A stretch of DNA of 64,000 nt from assembly GCA_031425235.1 (NCBI GenBank), contig JANPIZ010000004.1, forward strand, positions 62 to 64,061, written 5' to 3'. This document shows positions 59,925 through 64,000 of the stretch, piece after piece. Source of the stretch: Candidatus Nomurabacteria bacterium. Lineage in GTDB: Bacteria; Patescibacteriota; Minisyncoccia; Phycocordibacterales; UBA9973. Each line of letters starts with the position of its first letter. Position 1 is the stretch's first letter. The notes below the pieces were generated by a model, which ran no database searches, had not been told where the DNA came from, and was given only the letters and a program-made list of their open reading frames with translations. A program made the translations under genes and the position numbers.

Positions 59925-60620
59925 TTATCCTCTTTGTGACATTTCTTCACTCACTTTTGAGATCAAGCGAGATGCATGATCTTTACCTCCTAGTCCAAAT
60001 GCGAGGGCTCCTCCAAGGGCAAGCATAGCAATTACTCCAGTGAACAAAACACTCATATAGTATTCAGCTACACCAAGTTGACCAAGAGCAATAATGAAAG
60101 CAAATATCCAGATGATGTATTTAGTTACAACACCGAGCATGTTTGCAGAACTCAAGTTCATAGACTTTGCAGAAGCAACGATAGCTTTTGAAAGAAATTC
60201 AGCAAGAATTGAAGCAATGATCAAAATAAATGCAGCTACAACAACTCGAGGCAAGAATCCGAGCACACTATATTGCAAGAACGCTGATATGTCAGTAAGT
60301 CCTACGAGGTTAAGTGATGGTAGTAGGAACACCACAATCACAAACCACTTTACTACTTGTCCAATAAAATAACCAGTATTCAAAGTCATACCAGCTTGCT
60401 TAAAGAAATCATCAGCTCCGATAGACTTGAAAAAATTGTCGACCTTCAAAGCAGTAAACACTTGCTCGATAGCCTTTGCAATAAGAGTACCCAAAACCCA
60501 ACCAACTACAAAGAATGCAATCGCGATAATAAATTTTGGAGCGAACTGAACCAAGCCCCACCATAAGTCTTGAAGTGATGCATTAAATACTTCACCCCAT
60601 GTAAGCCAAATATTATTCAT
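59925..60620 (-). CDS. CmpX / small mechanosensitive-channel TM-helix protein
   Basis: Two PK/PR..A repeats, ALGQLG, ALAFGLGG. Confidence 0.82.
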   Translation of the reverse strand: MNNIWLTWGEVFNASLQDLWWGLVQFAPKFIIAIAFFVVGWVLGTLIAKAIEQVFTALKVDNFFKSIGADDFFKQAGMTLNTGYFIGQVVKWFVIVVFLLPSLNLVGLTDISAFLQYSVLGFLPRVVVAAFILIIASILAEFLSKAIVASAKSMNLSSANMLGVVTKYIIWIFAFIIALGQLGVAEYYMSVLFTGVIAMLALGGALAFGLGGKDHASRLISKVSEEMSQRG

Positions 60621-60740
60621 ATGATTTTGCAAATCACGTCGCGTAAGTCCTTTCGGCGCGACGCTAATTAATTAATAATGCTTTTTAAGTTTCGACCTTA
60701 TAAAAGTCATACATGTATTATATCAATTTTTGAGCCTTTT

Positions 60741-61346
60741 TTAGGGCTTACGTATTAACTGTGTGGATAACTCCATAAAGCCCTTGCCTTGAATCACTAC
60801 CTCATGAGGAAAGTCTAAAATATCACGGACAAGCTTATCGTACATACTGAGCCTGTAGGTAAACTCCTTTGAGTCAAACACAGCGTAAGTAAGTTCAGTA
60901 CCTATCTCAGCTTCGAGTTTTTTGACCCCTTCATCTATTTTACCTCGTTTCATTTTATCCCCTACGATAAGTAAATCGACTCGGCTATTGTCATTTTTTA
61001 TAAAAATACCAGACACAACGAGGAGTTTGACCTTCCCACCAACGCTTTTAAAATTATCTATAACCTTTGCGGTGTTTAAGCTTTGAGAACCAATAAGAAG
61101 ATCTTCGAATTCTTTTGCGTATTTAAAAGAGCCATTAAAAAACCATTCGGAAGAATTTTTCTTTATTCCTTTTTTAATAAAACCGACCGACGATAGTAAC
61201 GTAATTTCTTTTCGAGCTGCTCCTGCATTGATACGACTTCGAGTTACGACATCTTTATTCTTGAACCCCGTAGTTCTATTAAGTAAAAAAAGTCGCATTA
61301 TCTTCACTCGTGCTGGATTTCCCAGTAATTTACCTAAAGTTTCCAT
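60741..61346 (-). CDS. Winged-HTH + nucleotidyltransferase-like protein
   Basis: ARVKIMRLF N-terminus; SG.F..VDLLIVGD; start moved to METLGK. Confidence 0.7.
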   Translation of the reverse strand: METLGKLLGNPARVKIMRLFLLNRTTGFKNKDVVTRSRINAGAARKEITLLSSVGFIKKGIKKNSSEWFFNGSFKYAKEFEDLLIGSQSLNTAKVIDNFKSVGGKVKLLVVSGIFIKNDNSRVDLLIVGDKMKRGKIDEGVKKLEAEIGTELTYAVFDSKEFTYRLSMYDKLVRDILDFPHEVVIQGKGFMELSTQLIRKP

Positions 61347-61376
61347 CCCTGTATTATACGCTTTTTTATGAAAAAC

Positions 61377-61416
61377 AAAATAGCCCAAGCGCGCATATAG
61401 GCGCTTGGGCTATTTT
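61377..61416 (-). terminator. Intrinsic terminator
   Basis: AAAATAGCCCAAGCGC..GCGCTTGGGCTATTTT. Confidence 0.8.
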
Positions 61417-61428
61417 GTAAAAAACCTA

Positions 61429-64000
61429 TTATTTATTGAGCAAGGCCACGGTTAGAGGTCCCACTACGCCATCCCCATCTAAGCCATTCGCCAGTTGAAA
61501 TGTAATTACCGCTGCCTTTGTTTTCAGTCCAAAATTTCCATCAACTATTCCCGTGTCATATCCTGCATTGTTTAAGAATTTTTGAAGCTCAAGAACTTCG
61601 TTCCCTTTTGAGCCAAGTCGCAACACTTGTGTAAAACGGAAAGATTCAGCACCTAGAACTTTAGTAGTATTCTTTAGCCCAGTGACATTTTGACCCACTG
61701 TGACTGCAGTTGATGCCGTTACAGATCCAGTAGTATCTTTATAACTTGCTGTGATTGTAGTAGTCCCTTCAGAGATTCCTGTCACACTCGCCGTTTGATA
61801 ATCAGGGCGATATATCAGACATTGTGTATCGGCAGCACATGCATCTTTGTATCCGACACTCGCTATTTTTGGATTACTTGAAGTCCAAATCGCCTGTACC
61901 ACGTATGGACTTGGCATTACTTGTGCACAGGCCAAGCCTGTAGCGCATGTCGGCATTGGTGGTTGATATAGAGCCTGAAGGGTTGCACTCGTACCAACTT
62001 GTAACGAAGAATTTGATTGGGCGATAGAAAGAGAACCCGCCTGTTGTTCTAAGATCGGGATAACTCCTGTCGAATTACACACGGTAATTTTATTTTTAAG
62101 TCCTAGCAACTCAGATACTTTTGGAGAACCGAGGAAACTATCACCACAGGATGTTACCCGACTTTCATTTCCTGGATAAATATTCATTGGGTCATCTGAT
62201 CCTGATGTATTAAAATATATAGAACGAGTACCGAGAGGTCGTAATTGCCTATTATATGGATTTGGGTATATGTTTGATACGCTAAGTAAATATATTTTAC
62301 CCGCTACATAAAATCCATCTCGCAGATCACTATTCTTAATCATAACGGGGTATGGAGTCCACCCAATTGCCCATGGCGCATAAAATGCATACTTCATATT
62401 TTTTGAAGTAAGGTTTTCAATTCTCAGTCCGCCTATCCTACTCGCAGTCATACATGCATCCGCTCGTCCTGAATCCAAACTAGATTCCCCTTCGCAATAA
62501 AGTCCTCTAATAGATAGTCCACCCCGATCAAGCACGATTCCTTTTTGCCCAGCTTTCATGCCAAGTATCTTAATATTTTCTAAATTCCAGTTGGAAATAT
62601 TGTCATCGTTCAAATCCATACCAATACTATTACTAGTTAAAGTTATATTTCGGAGTGCAAATGAATCTAGTTGTGGCTGACCATGAGCATGTATACCGCG
62701 ATTAAATCCCGAAATATTTAAATCTGAAAAAATACTGTCTCCGGTTACACCCGAGTCTCCTTTAAATTCTATCGCTGTCGTCTGCCCACTTGAGCTCCTG
62801 CTCGTCATAGATAAATTACTGATCACAATCCCTCTTTTAATAATAGTGTCGGATCTGAGAGCATGAATCAGAAACAGTGGACGATTGGTTGCATTAAATT
62901 CTATAACCGAACCGGATTCTCCGCGGAAAGTTATCCCGTCTTCTAGTTTTAAAGTATCAGTAATTTTATATCGTCCAGAGGGAACAAGTATCGTGCTCGC
63001 TGACCACATTATTGATTGAGAATCTTGCATTGCCCTTCTGAAAGCAGCCGTATCGTCAGTTACTCCGTCTCCTTTAGCGCCAAAGCTTTTTACATTTAAA
63101 ATTTTAGCATTCGAATTACTACTAGTAGTTAACCAATTAAAGAGTGGGAATGACAAACTGCCTGTAGCATGAGAGTTTTTAATTTTAGTTACATCAAAAT
63201 TACAATCACTTGGAATCGATGCTAGCCCAGGATACGGATCAGCTGGATATCTCTCTGTTGGGTTTGGATAACCATTCTGAAAAACATCACCACAAGCGTA
63301 TAGCGTAGAAAGAGATCCACTGCCTGAGAAATTGAGACGCCACCTAGGTTCATCTAAGGATGAGCGATTAGCAAAACTATAAATAACATTTTTTGCTTCT
63401 ACTACTCCGCCAAGAGCAGAATTTTCAAAATAGATAGGGTGGGTAGAAGAATCTTTTATTTTCAAACCTTCCCTTGGTCCTTCGGAGTGAGCTTGAGTAA
63501 AATGGAGTGAGCCTGAACGTTTACCGATCTGAAGACATAACTCTGCGTCATGTAAAGTTGAGGCGCATGAAAGTTGCAAAAATGCCATTTCGCCAGAACG
63601 GTCTAATAATACTCCATTTTGCTCACGAACCATTTCCACTAAATTCAAGTTTTGAACATCCCATTTCGTAGCATTTAAACTGCGGACTCTTAAGCCCCAA
63701 TAATTCGCGTTTGAGGCTACATTTTTTATTTTTACATTTTCTATAACTGGATTACCTGAATTAGCTCCGGCGTCGATCCCATAAGTAAAATTTATTATTC
63801 TTAAGTTCTCAAACTGAATATTGTTAGCGTTTCCAGCTATGCGTATCGCTGTAGTATTTTCAGTATTAATACGATTTACATCATATCTTGGATACACATG
63901 CGGCCCAGGAGTCATAGAACGTAATTCAACGTCCTTGATGACAACATTTTTTGCGCCAGAAGAAATTGACAACAAGGCCATGCCAGTAGCATTCATATCG
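61429..64000 (-). CDS. Large surface protein: pectate-lyase-like beta-helix domains + Ig-like domain + peptidoglycan-binding domain (5' end outside window)
   Basis: NVKSFGAKGDGVTDDTAAF, WTSSNPKIASV..GTTTITA, LRLGSKG..LQKFL..DG.FG..T..AV..FQ..GL..DGVVGP.T. Confidence 0.85.
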   Translation of the reverse strand, partial: DMNATGMALLSISSGAKNVVIKDVELRSMTPGPHVYPRYDVNRINTENTTAIRIAGNANNIQFENLRIINFTYGIDAGANSGNPVIENVKIKNVASNANYWGLRVRSLNATKWDVQNLNLVEMVREQNGVLLDRSGEMAFLQLSCASTLHDAELCLQIGKRSGSLHFTQAHSEGPREGLKIKDSSTHPIYFENSALGGVVEAKNVIYSFANRSSLDEPRWRLNFSGSGSLSTLYACGDVFQNGYPNPTERYPADPYPGLASIPSDCNFDVTKIKNSHATGSLSFPLFNWLTTSSNSNAKILNVKSFGAKGDGVTDDTAAFRRAMQDSQSIMWSASTILVPSGRYKITDTLKLEDGITFRGESGSVIEFNATNRPLFLIHALRSDTIIKRGIVISNLSMTSRSSSGQTTAIEFKGDSGVTGDSIFSDLNISGFNRGIHAHGQPQLDSFALRNITLTSNSIGMDLNDDNISNWNLENIKILGMKAGQKGIVLDRGGLSIRGLYCEGESSLDSGRADACMTASRIGGLRIENLTSKNMKYAFYAPWAIGWTPYPVMIKNSDLRDGFYVAGKIYLLSVSNIYPNPYNRQLRPLGTRSIYFNTSGSDDPMNIYPGNESRVTSCGDSFLGSPKVSELLGLKNKITVCNSTGVIPILEQQAGSLSIAQSNSSLQVGTSATLQALYQPPMPTCATGLACAQVMPSPYVVQAIWTSSNPKIASVGYKDACAADTQCLIYRPDYQTASVTGISEGTTTITASYKDTTGSVTASTAVTVGQNVTGLKNTTKVLGAESFRFTQVLRLGSKGNEVLELQKFLNNAGYDTGIVDGNFGLKTKAAVITFQLANGLDGDGVVGPLTVALLNK

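Noticed and set aside
60762-60770. DnaA box as a replication origin (also 18421 and a near-match at ~24512)
   Set aside because: The boxes are isolated, with no cluster and no dnaA/dnaN nearby.

Overview
AT-rich bacterial chromosome window that looks like Patescibacteria/CPR (Parcubacteria-like). This is inferred from the missing rpmD between rpsE and rplO, group I introns in a 23S gene unlinked from 16S, several type IV pilins, an archaeal-type PyrH, and many genes whose start codon lies 6-8 nt after a -10 box. Housekeeping content: recG, ftsH, smpB-ssrA, infC-rpmI-rplT, ndk, map, pyrH, two adenylate kinases, secY, the rpsS..rplE and rpsN..rplO ribosomal protein blocks (split by a pilin cluster), 23S and 5S rRNA, and four tRNAs (Thr-GGT, Asp-GTC, Met-CAT, Ile-TAT). 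Accessory content: a CsoR/CopA copper cluster, a B12-dependent class II RNR operon, and a ~6.3 kb restriction-modification island in tmRNA. The most striking pattern appears up to three times. Two large serine recombinase genes run antisense into the 3' end of a tRNA or tmRNA and take their C-terminus from it, while an alternative in-frame C-terminal tail lies elsewhere: at the far island end for tmRNA, and in a 157-bp inverted duplicate for tRNA-Thr. A similar orphan tail with no recombinase lies near tRNA-Asp. Also notable: a 39-bp palindrome with compensatory changes (in-frame in recG and beside a GIY-YIG gene), a LAGLIDADG group I intron in the sarcin-ricin loop, a 6S-like RNA, and a strongly structured RNA ahead of an unannotated small membrane ORF. 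All calls come from reading the sequence; no database searches were run.
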